DNA from: Camelus ferus
Lineage: Eukaryota
Length of the DNA: 64,000 bases
Direction: 5' to 3'
Assembly: GCF_009834535.1 (NCBI RefSeq)
Contig: NC_045697.1
Location: 28,584,001 to 28,648,000, forward strand
In this document: in pieces, positions 37,923-49,953 of the stretch
How positions within the stretch are numbered: the first letter of the stretch is position 1
How the letters are laid out: every line of letters starts with the position of its first letter
The notes under the pieces: generated by a model
Seen by the model: the letters and a program-made list of their open reading frames with translations, nothing else
What the model was told of the DNA's origin: nothing
Database searches by the model: none
Position numbers and translations under genes: made by a program

Positions 37923-38429
37923 GTAAGAGATTTTGAATTCACCTTTTCCCTTCTCTTATATGAATTCCAAGACTATTTAGAATGTTAAATGTGTACTTGC
38001 CTCAAAACGTAAGCATATACTATACTTTCTATTTTAAAACTTTATGAAGACTCTTAAGTACATAAGAGAAGATAACATTATAATTGAAATTGGAATCTAT
38101 ATGTAGATGGTGATTATTAGGTAATGTCAGGTGGTAGCTTTACATGTTGACAAGTCTTGGGTTTCATTTATTTTGATAAATTTGACTTTTTGCTATCTCA
38201 GGAAGATATGTGTGAAAGACTAAAAAAATTGAAGTTTTGAAGTAATTTGGCTCTGACTTGCATGGGATATAGGGAACAAAAATGTTAAAAGTTGTGTTAA
38301 TTGAGCATGATTAAGGTTCTAAGATTCTAAGAAGTACCTTTTAGGTGGTATCTTCATTTGCACAGTGATTTATGGTGCTTTCACATGTTTTGTCAGATTT
38401 TTATATCTTAGCAGCATCGTGTTTAGTAT

Positions 38430-38640
38430 TGCGAGTTCTTAACTTTGTTACCATTAGGTTCAGATCCTGACTTGGCCGTTTACTCACCTGTGTTGTCTTG
38501 AGCAAATTACCTGGCCTTTATGCCTTTGTCTCCTCATCTGAAAAAATGGGATTAATACCTATTTTATAGGGCTGTTGAGAAGATTAAATTAGTTGTTTTA
38601 TGTATTTCTCTTAGACTAGAGCCTGGCATATTCTAAGTAT
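38430..38640 (+). mobile_element. MIR SINE
   Basis: ggttcagatcctgac...ctcatctgaaaaaatggg...gcctggcata. Confidence 0.7.
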
Positions 38641-39144
38641 ATGGATTGGAAAACTAAGACAATAGATATAAAAGGTCATTGTAGTAGAAGAAAACAGTGA
38701 TAAGTTATGTTATTAACTTATTTCTTAAGTTTGTTAAGAAAGGGAAAGAGTGGAACCTGAACAAGGTGAAACAGGAATAACAACATTTAGTGTATGGGTC
38801 ATTTGGTTTATTTAGTAACTGGATAAACAGACGAGTCTCTGGTTTTGTTTTGTTTTTCCATGCTAACAGTGCATCTGAATAAAGCTTTTCCCTCAGTAGA
38901 TCATCTCTTGAGACCTAGTTTCTTGATCTGTATGCCATAGTGTTAAACATTGAACAATGTGGAATATACCTGACTTTATCTTCTGTCATTCTTTTGATTT
39001 GTGACTTTTCCCAGTTTATTGAATTTGTATGCCTCAGTGTTTTTATCAGTAAAGTCATCTTGAAGACCTCTTACAGCTCTGTGGATCAGTGATACTAATG
39101 AACATTTGCAGTATTAGAGACATCTTACTTTTTTTTTTTTTTTT

Positions 39145-39720
39145 AACTTGGTTTCCAGGATATCAGTTCTTCTGTTCTCCCCTTCCTTTACCCACTCCCA
39201 ACTTCTCAGTTGGTTCCTCCCTCATCTTTTGGAGCTTTGCACCTGAGAATACCTCAGGGCTGTCTTGACCTCTGCTTCTTTCCATTTATACGCACTTTCT
39301 TGATGAGCTCATCTGATTTCATAGGTTCATTGTTTACATTCTAGCAGCCCACAAATTTATCTTCTCTGAACTCCAAACTCATATCCTGCTGCCAGTTTAA
39401 TGTCTCTACTTGAATATGTGATGAACATCTCAAACTTAAATATTTGAAATGCTGAACTGTTTCCTCAATCCAAAACCCACTTTCCCCCCAACTAAATTTT
39501 GGCAACTACGTCCTTGCAGTTGTTCAGACTAAAACCTCATCATGATCTTGTTTCTTCTTTTTCTGTTACTCCTATACCTCATCTGCAAATCCTGTTGTTG
39601 AAACCTCCAGGATCTTATCTGCAGCTCACTACTGCTACCTCGATCCAAGTCACATTACCTCTTGCCTGGATGATCATAGGAGCCTGCCCTACTCAGACTA
39701 TTCTCAGCATCCAAAATGAA
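39145..39720 (+). mobile_element. L2 fragment
   Basis: Pyrimidine-rich L2 motifs (ctctgaactccaaactcatat, catctcaaacttaa). Boundaries are approximate. Confidence 0.65.
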
Positions 39721-40399
39721 GCCCTCCCTACCCATCACCACCCCCAGCCTTGAAAACAATGAAAGCTCCAGACTAAAATTTTCCACTGTCTTCCCTATTT
39801 TGCTCAGAGTTAAGCTAGCAATACTGCCACTTCTGATTATCTTCCTGTGGGTAGTTGAAAGATTATAGTATATGTATAGGGAAAGAACTTGATTTTTTGT
39901 ATCAGAACACTTTCTATCCCCATCTCCTATTCCCATCTCTTAAGTCAGGTGAAATAGCTGAATTTAGTCTTGTTTCATATCAATATAATTGAAATGATAA
40001 AAGATATCAGAGATACATTAAATAGGTGAGATTGGATATCCACGGGTTTGTCCCCACCACACCTCAGCTTTATTAAAGTATGACATTCAGTAAATATCTA
40101 AACGTGAATGTTTAGGGTAATTTGGGACAGTTCTGTTAGAAAAGTTTGTTAATCTTGGTCTTTTATTAATACATGTGGGTGGTGATTTACCTTTAATATT
40201 TAACAACTTACGTTAGTATGGTTTATTTCTTACTTCAAAACTTAACCCAATGTGCAGACTATTTTCTGATGTTTTTCCACTGACACCTCTTATGACTAAA
40301 TGTGTCTGTTTACCTGTGGAAGAAAATGGCAAGACTTAAAAATTGCACTCATTGATACTGCCCTTCCAAAAGACACAGACATGGAAGAAAATGGTTTAT

Positions 40400-41035
40400 A
40401 AGCTGTGCTCAGTATCATTAGTCATCAGGGAAATGCAAACTAAAATCACAATTAGATATTGCTACACTTTTGTAAATGGTTCTCATGCTTTGCAGGTAAG
40501 AATGTAGTTCAGCCACTCAACCAGCAGTATCTCCCAGAGCTAAGCATACACCTTTGATTTGGCCCAGCAGTTCTACTCCTAAGTACTTGTCCAAGCGAAA
40601 TGAGTGCTTATTTACACCAAAAGACTTCTGCAAGAATATTCATAGCAGATTTATTCAAACTGCAAATAACCCAAATGTCTGTCAACAGGAGAATGGATGT
40701 ATAATGGTATAATAATACAGTGGAACACTATGTAGCAGGAAAAAAAGCATATTTATACAAACAACATGGATGATTCTCATAGACATGTTGAGTGAAAAAA
40801 TTGAACACAAAGGAGTACATACTCTGATTTCATTTTATTAAATTGAAGATAAGTCAAAACTAATTTTGGTGATAGAAGCTAGGACAGCGGTAGGGGTAGG
40901 TAAGGGTTGTGAATAAGAAGGACAAGAGTGAGGATTTTTGATCTAGATGGTGGTTACCATGAGTGTATACATGTATGAAAATTCATCTAGCTGTACAGCA
41001 TTTTTACTTGCTTATTATACTTTAATAAAATATAA
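40400..41035 (+). mobile_element. L1ME/MC-like 3' fragment (sense)
   Basis: tcattagtcatcagggaaatgcaaa and acccaaatgtc...gaatggat L1 motifs; ends tactttaataaaa. Confidence 0.7.
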
Positions 41036-41344
41036 CAAAAAGCTGCCTTCTCTTTAAGTAGCATTCAGTGTTTTGAATAAATATAGATTATTTATTAATG
41101 GTCTTCTGGAAGATCCTTAACAGGTAAGTTTGTCAACAGTGCAAACAGTTCACATGCTTATTCTACATAATAAAGGCCCCCCCTAGTCCATACGAACGTT
41201 TAGCCGTATTACCTGTGCTCAGATTTTGAGATCTGAATGAAATTAATTTACTAAAGATAGATTTATAAGGTACCCACTTATTTGTATCATCCATTAATTA
41301 AAATTAGCTAATGCATTTTGAAATTTTCATATTCCTGTTTGCCT

Positions 41345-42990
41345 ATTAGGATTCATCTATGTTGTAACATTTGTCAGATTTTTCCTCCTTTTGAGGTCTG
41401 CATAATATTCCATTTCTGTATATACCAAATTTTGTTCATTTATCAGTTAATGGAAACTTAGGTTGCTTCTGCATTTTGGCTATTGTGAATAATGCTGTTA
41501 TGAACATGGGTATGCAAATATCTGTTTGACTTACTGCTTTCAGTTATTTTAGGTGTATATCCATAAGTGAAACTGCTAGATCATATGGTAATTCTGTGTT
41601 TAATTGTTTTGAGGAATTGCCAGATTCCTCAAATAGTGGTTTTTAGCACTTAGTCCACTTTGCATTCCCACCAACAGTGCACAAGGATTCCAGTTACTCT
41701 ACATCCTCACCAACAACTCTTAGGTTTTTTGATAGAGTAGCCATCCTAATGGATGTGAGGTGGTATCTTATTGTTGATTTACATTTCTCTGATGGTTAGT
41801 CATGTTAAGCATCTTTGCGTGTACTTACTGGCTACTTGTCTATCTTCTTTGGAGAAATGCTTGTTCAAGTCTGTTCTCTTTTTTTTTTCTTCTTTTTTCT
41901 TACATTTTTTATTGATTTATAATCATTTTACAATGTTGTGTCAAATTCCAGTATAGAGCACAATTTTTCAGTTATACATGAATATATATATATATATTCA
42001 TTGTCACATTTTTTTCTCTGTGAGCTACCATAAGATCTTGTATATATTTCCCTGTGCTATACAGTATAATCTTGTTTATCTATTCTACAATTTTGAAATC
42101 CCATTCTGTGCCTTCCCCATTCTCATTTTTTAACCAGGTTTGTTTTTTGTTGTTGAGTTGCAGGAGTTCTTTATGTATTCCAGATATTAACTCCTTATCA
42201 GATACGTGATTTACAAATATTTTCTCCCCATTCTGTGAGTTACCTTCTATTGATTGTATCCTCTGCACAGGAAGTTTTTATTTTGAAGTTTTTTCCTTTA
42301 CACAGAAGTTTTAAATGTTGATGTAGTTAGTTGTAGACTAATTTCTATGTTTTCTGTTTTGTTGCCTGTGCTTTTGACTGCTGTTTGATACCCAAGAAAT
42401 CATTGCCAACTCCATTGTCCTGAAGTGTTCCCCCTGTATTTTCTTTTAAGAGTTTTTTTAAAAAATTTTTTTATTTAGTTATAGTCAGTTTACAATGTTG
42501 TGTCAATTTCTGGTGTAGAGCACAATTTTTGAGTCATATATGAATATACATATAATCTTTTTCAAGATTTTACAGGATCTTGAATATATTTCCCTGTGCT
42601 ATACTGTATAAACTCATTTATCTATTCTATATATACCTGTCAGTATCTATAAATCTTGAACGTCCAGTCTGTCCCTCCCCCTCCCCCTGGCAACCACAAG
42701 TTTGTATTCTATGTCTGTGAGTCTGTTTCTGTTTTATATTTAAGTTCATTTGTCGTCTTTTTTTTTTTTTTTTTTTTGGATTCCACATATGAGTGATATA
42801 TGGTATTTTTCTTTCTCTTTCTGGCTTACTTCACTTAGAATGACATTCTCCAGGGACATCCATGTTGCTGCAAATGGCGTTTTGTTGTCTTAAAGAGTTT
42901 TATAATAAGTTTTGGTCTTACTTTTAGATCTTTAATACATTTGGAGTTAATTTTTATGTATTGTTTAAGGGGCCAGATTCACTCTTTTGA
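41345..42990 (-). mobile_element. Older L1 fragment with two nested younger L1 3' ends (about 41880-42118 and 42457-42892)
   Basis: L1 ORF2 C-terminal sequence interrupted twice by fresh poly(T)-led 3' UTRs; the second insertion has TSD aagagtttt (42448-42456, 42893-42901). Confidence 0.85.
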
Positions 42991-43797
42991 GAGATCATTA
43001 AGTTTTTTAAAGAAAAATGTTGATTGGTTGAGATGTAAATTTATAAAACAATATATGTGATGTTGTTACGGTTTTGCTGAAATTTATAATGTTTAGATGG
43101 CTTTTATTTTACATATTTTCATGTTTTTATCACAAATTAAAATAATTATTATGAGTTTAATAATTGTTTTAATATGAAATACTTCCTTTGAGTGAAGATT
43201 TTTCTTCAATATTCAGATAAATTTCCTTGAAGGAAATAATTGTATTAATTTAAAATTATATGACTTACAGTTTTGTTTGAAGTGTTGTTAAGCATCATAA
43301 CCAAATTTTCCTATTCCTGTAGCTTCTCTAAAAGGATGAATTGATCAATAAAAATTTTTACTCTGATAGCATTTTTTAACACAACTTTTTTAAATGGTTT
43401 ACTGAGGTGTTATTGACCATGAACTGCACATATTAAAAATGCACAATTTGGTATGTTTGAACATACACATACATTCCATAAAACCATCACACAGTTAAGG
43501 TAGTGAACATAACCAACATAACCCAGAAGTTTCCTTGAGTCCCTTTGTAATTGCTCCTTCCTGCCCTTCCTGCTTCCCCATTCCTCAGCAATGCTGATCT
43601 TTCTGTCACTGAAGATTAGTTTGCGTTTTGTGAAGATTAATATAAATGACAATTCTGATGGCATTTTATATAGGGTACCACTTGTAGTGTAATTTTTCTC
43701 TTACAAAATATGGGCTTATGTGTGTGATACTGATTTTATTTTTATTGGTTTATTTTAATAGCCTTCCTCAATTAGCTTAAGCTATAATGCACTAATG

Positions 43798-43968
43798 CAG
43801 TATTTCTCAAACATTAGCTTGCATTAGAATCACTTGGAGTACCTGTTAAACCACCCCACAGTTTGTAATTCAGTAGGCCTGGAATGAGGCCAAGAATTTT
43901 CATTTCTTACAAGTTCCCAGGTGATGTTGATGCACTGGTTGAGGAAACCATACTTTGTAAGACACATT
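43798..43968 (+). mobile_element. MER5A-like hAT-Charlie MITE
   Basis: cagtatttctcaaac...gcattagaatcac...attcagtagg...acaagttcccaggtgatg...actttg. Confidence 0.8.
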
Positions 43969-44424
43969 CCTTTCAGACATTTATTGTTGGTAATAACTTT
44001 TTCTAAGGATGGTGGTATCTAGGATCTAGGATGGTATATATATATATATATTACCATCCTTAGGAAAATTGAGAAAATAGTTACTCAGTAATTTTCTCTC
44101 TTCTGTAGTTAAAGTGAAGAACCCAATTGAAAAAAGACTGGTTTAGAATTACCGAACTTGTCTGTTAAAAATGAGCATGTTTAATAATCTTCAGCATTTA
44201 AAATAGTTCATTATTATGCTATTTCACTATTGTATCTATAAATATTTCTGTAGTAACTGGTCAAATAGTTTTTTGACAGAAATACTAAGGGTCCTTGTTA
44301 GGTAGATACCATTTTCTAGATAAATATTTGCTTTATAAACACATTTTGAAACATGAATTAAGTTACACATACTAAGCAAAAATCTTGCCCTGTTTCAGAA
44401 TGTTATGGAATTATTTTAGGCTTT

Positions 44425-44807
44425 TTTTTTTTTCCATTTTCTTTAAAAAAAATTTTTATTAAAAAATTTTATTGTAGTTGCTGTACAGTAATATATGAGT
44501 TACAGGGTATAATATAGTGAATTCACACTTTTCAAAGGTTATACTCCATATATAGTTATTGTAAAGTATTGGCTATATTTTCTAATGTACAATATATTAC
44601 ATCTTATTTTTGTACCTTTAACCTCCCTACCCCTACCCCTATATTGCCCCTCTCCGCTTCCCTTTCCCCACTCATATCCACTGTTTTGTTCCCTGTATCT
44701 GTGAGTGTGCTTCTTTTTTGTTATATTCACTAGTTACATTATTTAGACTCCACACAGTATCTTTCTTCTTTGACTTATTTTTCACTTAGCGTAATGCCCT
44801 CCAAATG
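44425..44807 (-). mobile_element. L1 3' fragment (L1MA9/Art-like)
   Basis: Poly(T) lead and L1 3' UTR; 12-bp TSD attttaggcttt (44413-44424, 44808-44819). Confidence 0.85.
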
Positions 44808-45218
44808 ATTTTAGGCTTTCTTCAAAGTAAAGGATATTTACTTGATGGTGTCTTGTTTTTAGAGTGCCACTGAAAGAAAGTTTCACATATTAGTTTATCG
44901 CTTTATTTTAACTTTATGTCTAGAGAAATGAATAGAAAGTAAGTCAATAGATAAAGCTGACCAGAAAGATATTGACAAAAATAAGAAAAAAGCTAAGCTA
45001 GTTAAGAATGATTTGAGTTGTCTTTTAAGGAATAGATTCTTTCATTGTAAAGTAAAGAAAAAAATATGATAGGTGGATATAAATTATAAATTTTTATAAC
45101 TTAATTATATGATTAAGATAAAAATTAGTAGTTTTTATGTTTTATTTAGAAAACATCCACTTTGTATATGTCGTGCATTATGTTCTTAACTGGGATTTCT
45201 TCCTATTCTGAATCTTAG

Positions 45219-45318
45219 GGCAGCAGCAATGACTCTCCGCACGGTATTATTGTCATTGCAAGCACTGCTGGCAGCTGCGGAACCAGATGATCCACAAGAT
45301 GCAGTAGTAGCAAATCAG
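45219..45318 (+). CDS. UBE2K: UBE2K coding exon 5 (AAAMTLRTVLLSLQALLAAAEPDDPQDAVVANQ)
   Basis: cttag|G...CAG|gtaagg; 100 nt. The first base completes the TGG codon split with exon 4. Confidence 0.97.
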
Positions 45319-45823
45319 GTAAGGTAGCTGCTTTTGAAAGGCTTTCTTGTACTTACCCATGGGTCTCTACTTTAGTGGTTTGCAGTGATAGCACATGAGC
45401 ATACTTCTGTCCAAACTAAATCTGGAAATGGTTTCCTTTCTTGCGGTAAGATTATTTTATCAGAAGTAATGATGAAAACCTAATTTAGTGATTTTTAACA
45501 TACTAATTTAATTAGGTATATAGTAGATGCCTTTTTTCTAACATGTGAAAATTTCAAACACACAGTGTTTAAAGAATTATACATTGAGCACTCATGTAAT
45601 CTACCTACTATCTAGATTCTACGATTAATGTTTTGCTACATGTGCTTTATCGTGTGTATCCATCTGTCTGTCTCTTAGTTCAGAGGTGATCCTTCCCTGA
45701 TGATAATGTTAACCAGCTCCATTGTGGCACTGAAGTTAGGTATGGTGAAGGGTAATTAACAATGACCTTGTAATTGCTTAATGGATAAGTACTTTTCAGT
45801 TCTGATCTTTGATTTCCAAAAGG

Positions 45824-46003
45824 CAGAGGTCATCAAATTACAGCCAGATTGACTGTTTTTGTAAATAATATTTTATTGCAACATGGCCACACTCTTCTGT
45901 TTACAACTATAAGTGACAGTTAAATAATTATGACGGAGATTGTATGATCTGAAAGCCTGAAATAATAATTATCTGTTCCTTTAAGAAAATTTGCCAACCC
46001 TTA
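45824..46003. mobile_element. MER58A-like hAT-Charlie MITE
   Basis: tgtttttgtaaataa...ttttattg...aagcctgaaata...atttgccaaccc. Confidence 0.75.
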
Positions 46004-46029
46004 CTCTAAGCCATTAGGATTTATTGAGC

Positions 46030-46940
46030 CTTGGTTTTTGTTTGTTTTTGAACCTAGAAATTTTTCCTTCTCTTGGCTTCTGAGATACTACCCTCTTCTC
46101 TCCCTATCTTTGTAGTTGTGGTTATTCCTTCTTAAGTCTAAGTCTTACAGTTATTTCCCTTCTTTCTTCTCCCTTTAAATATATTTCCTTGTTTTTATAT
46201 TGCTTCTTTTACTTTCCATTATATACTGTCACTTGAATGATCAAATCCATGCTGATGTTACGCTGATGTATGTTGATAGGATGTTGAGGCTTGAACTTTC
46301 TCCTGAGCCTTTTTGAAACTGGATAGCTCTATATGAATGTTCCATGGATACCTTAGCACAGCATTCCCAAAACTGAATGCAGAATCTTAAACTTGGAACC
46401 TGTTCATCCTTCTGTAGTATAATCAACTTAGTTATATATCCAAGTCACAAACATGGAGTACTTTTCTGTGAAGTCTCCTTTTCTCTTGTATCCCAGTATT
46501 TCTCTGTCATAATACTTCACATATTTAAAAATATCTCATTTGACTGCTCTAATGGAGCTCCCTACCTCAGCTTCTTTCCCTCATCTTCTACACTGATAGT
46601 AGTTAACATAAGGTGCCCATCTTACTCCATGTTACTACTAAAAACCTATTAGTAGCTCTACTATCACCTACTTGGTAAGTCTGAATTGTTTAGTTTGAAG
46701 AGTTCCTTCATGATTTGAACTGTCTGCAAACCCAGCTTCAGCTCCTAAATTTCTGCTGTTCCTCACACTCTTGCTTTTCAAGATGGTGTTCATTCCTAGA
46801 CGCCATTTCACCTCATCTGCCATGTTTTCTCAGCCTGAGAAAACTTTTCCTCTTAGAAACTTCTTTCTTTCCTTTGAAAAGCTGTTTACTCCTTGTTTTA
46901 TGGATATTTTTGTTAATATGTTCTACTGTTATTTGTCTTA
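46030..46940 (+). mobile_element. L2 fragment(s)
   Basis: cttggcttctgagatac...; degenerate L2 motifs. Boundaries are approximate. Confidence 0.55.
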
Positions 46941-47868
46941 GAGTGCTTAGAATTATGGTTTAAGGTGTCACATGTATGTGCTTTCATTCGTTTTTGATAG
47001 TCAGAAGCATGGCTTGAGTCCCAGCTTTGATTTTCTGTTGAGTCTGAGCCTCAAAGGTTGAGTTTGGACTCAAGTTTCCTCTAGGTCCAGTCAGTAATTT
47101 GACTTATTTCCGTATTAATACTGGTTGAGACTAGATTTATCATTTTAATATATAATAATATTCAGTATGTATAAAATATCTTAAAAATAAACATTAAGGT
47201 GAATCGAACAGTTACTTTAACTTATACTTTGCTTTATTAAGTAATGATGATTCCAGAATATTTGAGAATAAATTACCTCTTTTCAATGCATATGGGAAGT
47301 CTTACCTTTTAAAAAGTACTCTGGTAAGTTCATAATTATCTCAAAACATGTGCTTTAAGTTAGAACTTTGCATATGAGGTTTTCTTAATTCACTGTACAT
47401 TAATATAGTTCTAGCAAAACAGGAAAATCTAATTGTATTCTAACCTAAGCTATTGTTAATAATACAAATCTTGGTCACAATTACTAGTTAATTCCACATA
47501 ATTTTAGAAGTTAGTAATTCTGTTTAGCTGTATAGTGTTTGCCAATGCAGTGTTTAGAAACATCTCTAATAACTCAATTCATTTAGTATTAGTTTTCTGC
47601 TACTTTGTTGAAATTGGAGATTAAAGTTGATAAATGTTATTTATCTTTGTTTTTCTTTTGTCAACACAACTTGTGAATCACAGTTTCACATTAAACAGTC
47701 ATTTCTTGAGTGACATAATTTGCTTGCAATGGAAAATGAATATCACATTTTAAATATAGATCAGTTTTATTTTTTTTTAAATCAGGTTTTTAAGCAGTTA
47801 AGAGATGAGCTACTATACTGAGTATTATAACTGTATTGTCATGTCAATCAATTTTTCCCCCCATATAG

Positions 47869-47997
47869 TACAAACAAAATCCTGAAATGTTCAAACAGAC
47901 AGCTCGACTTTGGGCACATGTGTATGCTGGAGCACCAGTTTCTAGTCCAGAATACACCAAAAAAATAGAAAACCTATGTGCTATGGGCTTTGATAGG
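47869..47997 (+). CDS. UBE2K: UBE2K coding exon 6 (YKQNPEMFKQTARLWAHVYAGAPVSSPEYTKKIENLCAMGFDR); end of UBC, linker and start of the UBA domain (MGF motif)
   Basis: catatag|TAC...AGG|gtaagt; 129 nt, phase 0-0. Confidence 0.97.
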
Positions 47998-48320
47998 GTA
48001 AGTACATGAAGGCATGTTTATTTTGATATATTCGTTAATTTTAAATTATTGCTGCAAATCCTTGGCTGACAGAAGTGGCTCAAAGATACTCTAAATCTGA
48101 TTTTGATAAAGAAACTTCCTGTTATGAAAACTAGTGATTTTTCTTTTCCTTTTGCTGATTCCAGTCATTGGTTTTAGAAAATCTTTATGCACTGCAAGTT
48201 CAAGGCAGCTTAAAGAATGAGAAAGAAGATGTGATTTCTCAATATAAGGACAGTGAGTGATGGAGTATTTTGAAAATATTTCCTTGATTTGATTTTCTTG
48301 TCCCCTTTTCTTTTCTACAG

Positions 48321-48395
48321 AATGCAGTAATAGTGGCCTTGTCTTCAAAATCATGGGATGTAGAGACTGCAACAGAATTGCTTCTGAGTAACTGA
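48321..48395 (+). CDS. UBE2K: UBE2K last coding exon (NAVIVALSSKSWDVETATELLLSN*), rest of the UBA domain
   Basis: Strong pyrimidine tract plus ctacag|AAT; TGA at 48393-48395. The spliced exons plus a 63-nt coding exon 1 give 200 aa. Confidence 0.97.
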   Translation, partial: NAVIVALSSKSWDVETATELLLSN

Positions 48396-48567
48396 GACAG
48401 AGAGAGCTGCTGATAGTCAAGCTTGCCCCTTCTTGAGGAGCATCAACATCTGTTATTTTTAGGATTCTGCATAGATTTCTTTTAAACTGGCATTCTTGCC
48501 TAATGATGTTATCTAGGCACCATTGGAGACTGAAAAAAACAAAACAAAAAACAAACCCTGCTCTGTA

Positions 48568-48573
48568 AATAAA
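48568..48573 (+). terminator. Proximal polyadenylation signal AATAAA
   Basis: AATAAA about 170 nt after the stop, overlapped at its 5' end by TGTA and followed by GT- and T-rich sequence. Confidence 0.55.
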
Positions 48574-49932
48574 GCTAATTAAACGTCTGTGTAAATTTAA
48601 AAAGGGGAAATACTTTAATTTTTTTTCTTAATAGTGTAAAAACTCTTTGAGCTAAGCTAAAACCATGGAAAAAACATGCTACTTTAGTGTTTAGCGGTGT
48701 ACCAAGACTAGCAAGAGTTTGCTTCAGGATTTTGTTGAATAATTAAGATAATATTTTGAGTGTGTCAGGGCCATTCAAATTGTTGGTGTTGCATCACAGC
48801 TACCTTAACTGTTTTTAACATGGATCCTCTGTGCCTGTGAATTTACTTGCATGCTTGTACTTGACTTCTTAGGATGGGTAGCTGAAAAGACCACCATTTT
48901 AAGCATTTGAGAATTCTTAAATATGAGATTTATCCAGAATTGAAGATGGTGACCTATTCAGAGCCTTCTTGTCCTTGTCAATAGACTGGGACACCATATC
49001 TATTTTTCCCCTCTTACCACACACAGCTAATAATCTTAATAGTAAATTTCTCTATATTTGGTGGGGGAAATGTGCTGAGGGACAGTATCCTTTGCTCCAT
49101 TTTTAGGTCCTCCATTTGGAATGTTTTGTCACAGTTCTTCACTCTTTAAAATTTCCTATATAAGTAAGTAATAATGTAAAATTGGAGCTGCCATTTTCGT
49201 TTCTTTTGCAAAAACAGTAAATACTTGATGTTGCAGTATTCCCAGATTTAATGAAAGTACCCAACTTAGTTTTTCAGTGAATTTAACATCTTTCTATTTT
49301 TACACTGATGAAATTTTTCTTTTAGAACTTGCAAAGATGAAAACTATTTGCAGGTTTTTTTAGCCTAATTTTGGCTTTATAGAGACTGATTTATCGGATA
49401 CTTTAAAAGTCACTCTTGCTTGCATTTCCCCCTATTAACACATGAAAGCTGTGTTGGTGTTTTACTGTACATACTTCAGATGCACATAGGAATAGAAGTG
49501 TGTTATAAATCTAGCTTTCTTTATGATGTTTCTGATAATAAGAGAATTGAAAACTTTACCTTCTCTTGTATATAGTCAGACTTTCTATACGTATTAAAGT
49601 TACATTTCATTCTAAGTTCAAAAGTTTGAAAATTATTAGTTTTGCAAGCTCAAACACTAATGTGACCATTTTATGAAGGGTGAAATGGATTTGTGTAGGC
49701 AGTTCTATACATAGAAACACAGTTCTTACTAAATATTCAGGACCAATGCAAAATAACAAAAATGTAATGAAATCAGAATGAATTAAAGTAAGGCTGTATA
49801 TTGAAAGTCATATTATAGTTTGCTTTCTTCAAGTGTTACTTATCCTAAATTATAGTCATTAAGTGTTTGGAAAATAATTTTGAACCATAAATTCAACATA
49901 ATTTCATTTGACTTCTCAATAATCTTAGAAGC

Positions 49933-49953
49933 AATAAAAGAACCATTATTAAA
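49933..49953 (+). terminator. Intermediate polyadenylation signals (AATAAA 49933-49938, ATTAAA 49948-49953)
   Basis: Tandem hexamers within the UTR. Confidence 0.45.

Noticed and set aside
48393..48413. Stop-codon readthrough of UBE2K
   Set aside because: The context is TGA-G, not the TGA-CTAG readthrough motif, and another TGA follows five codons later.
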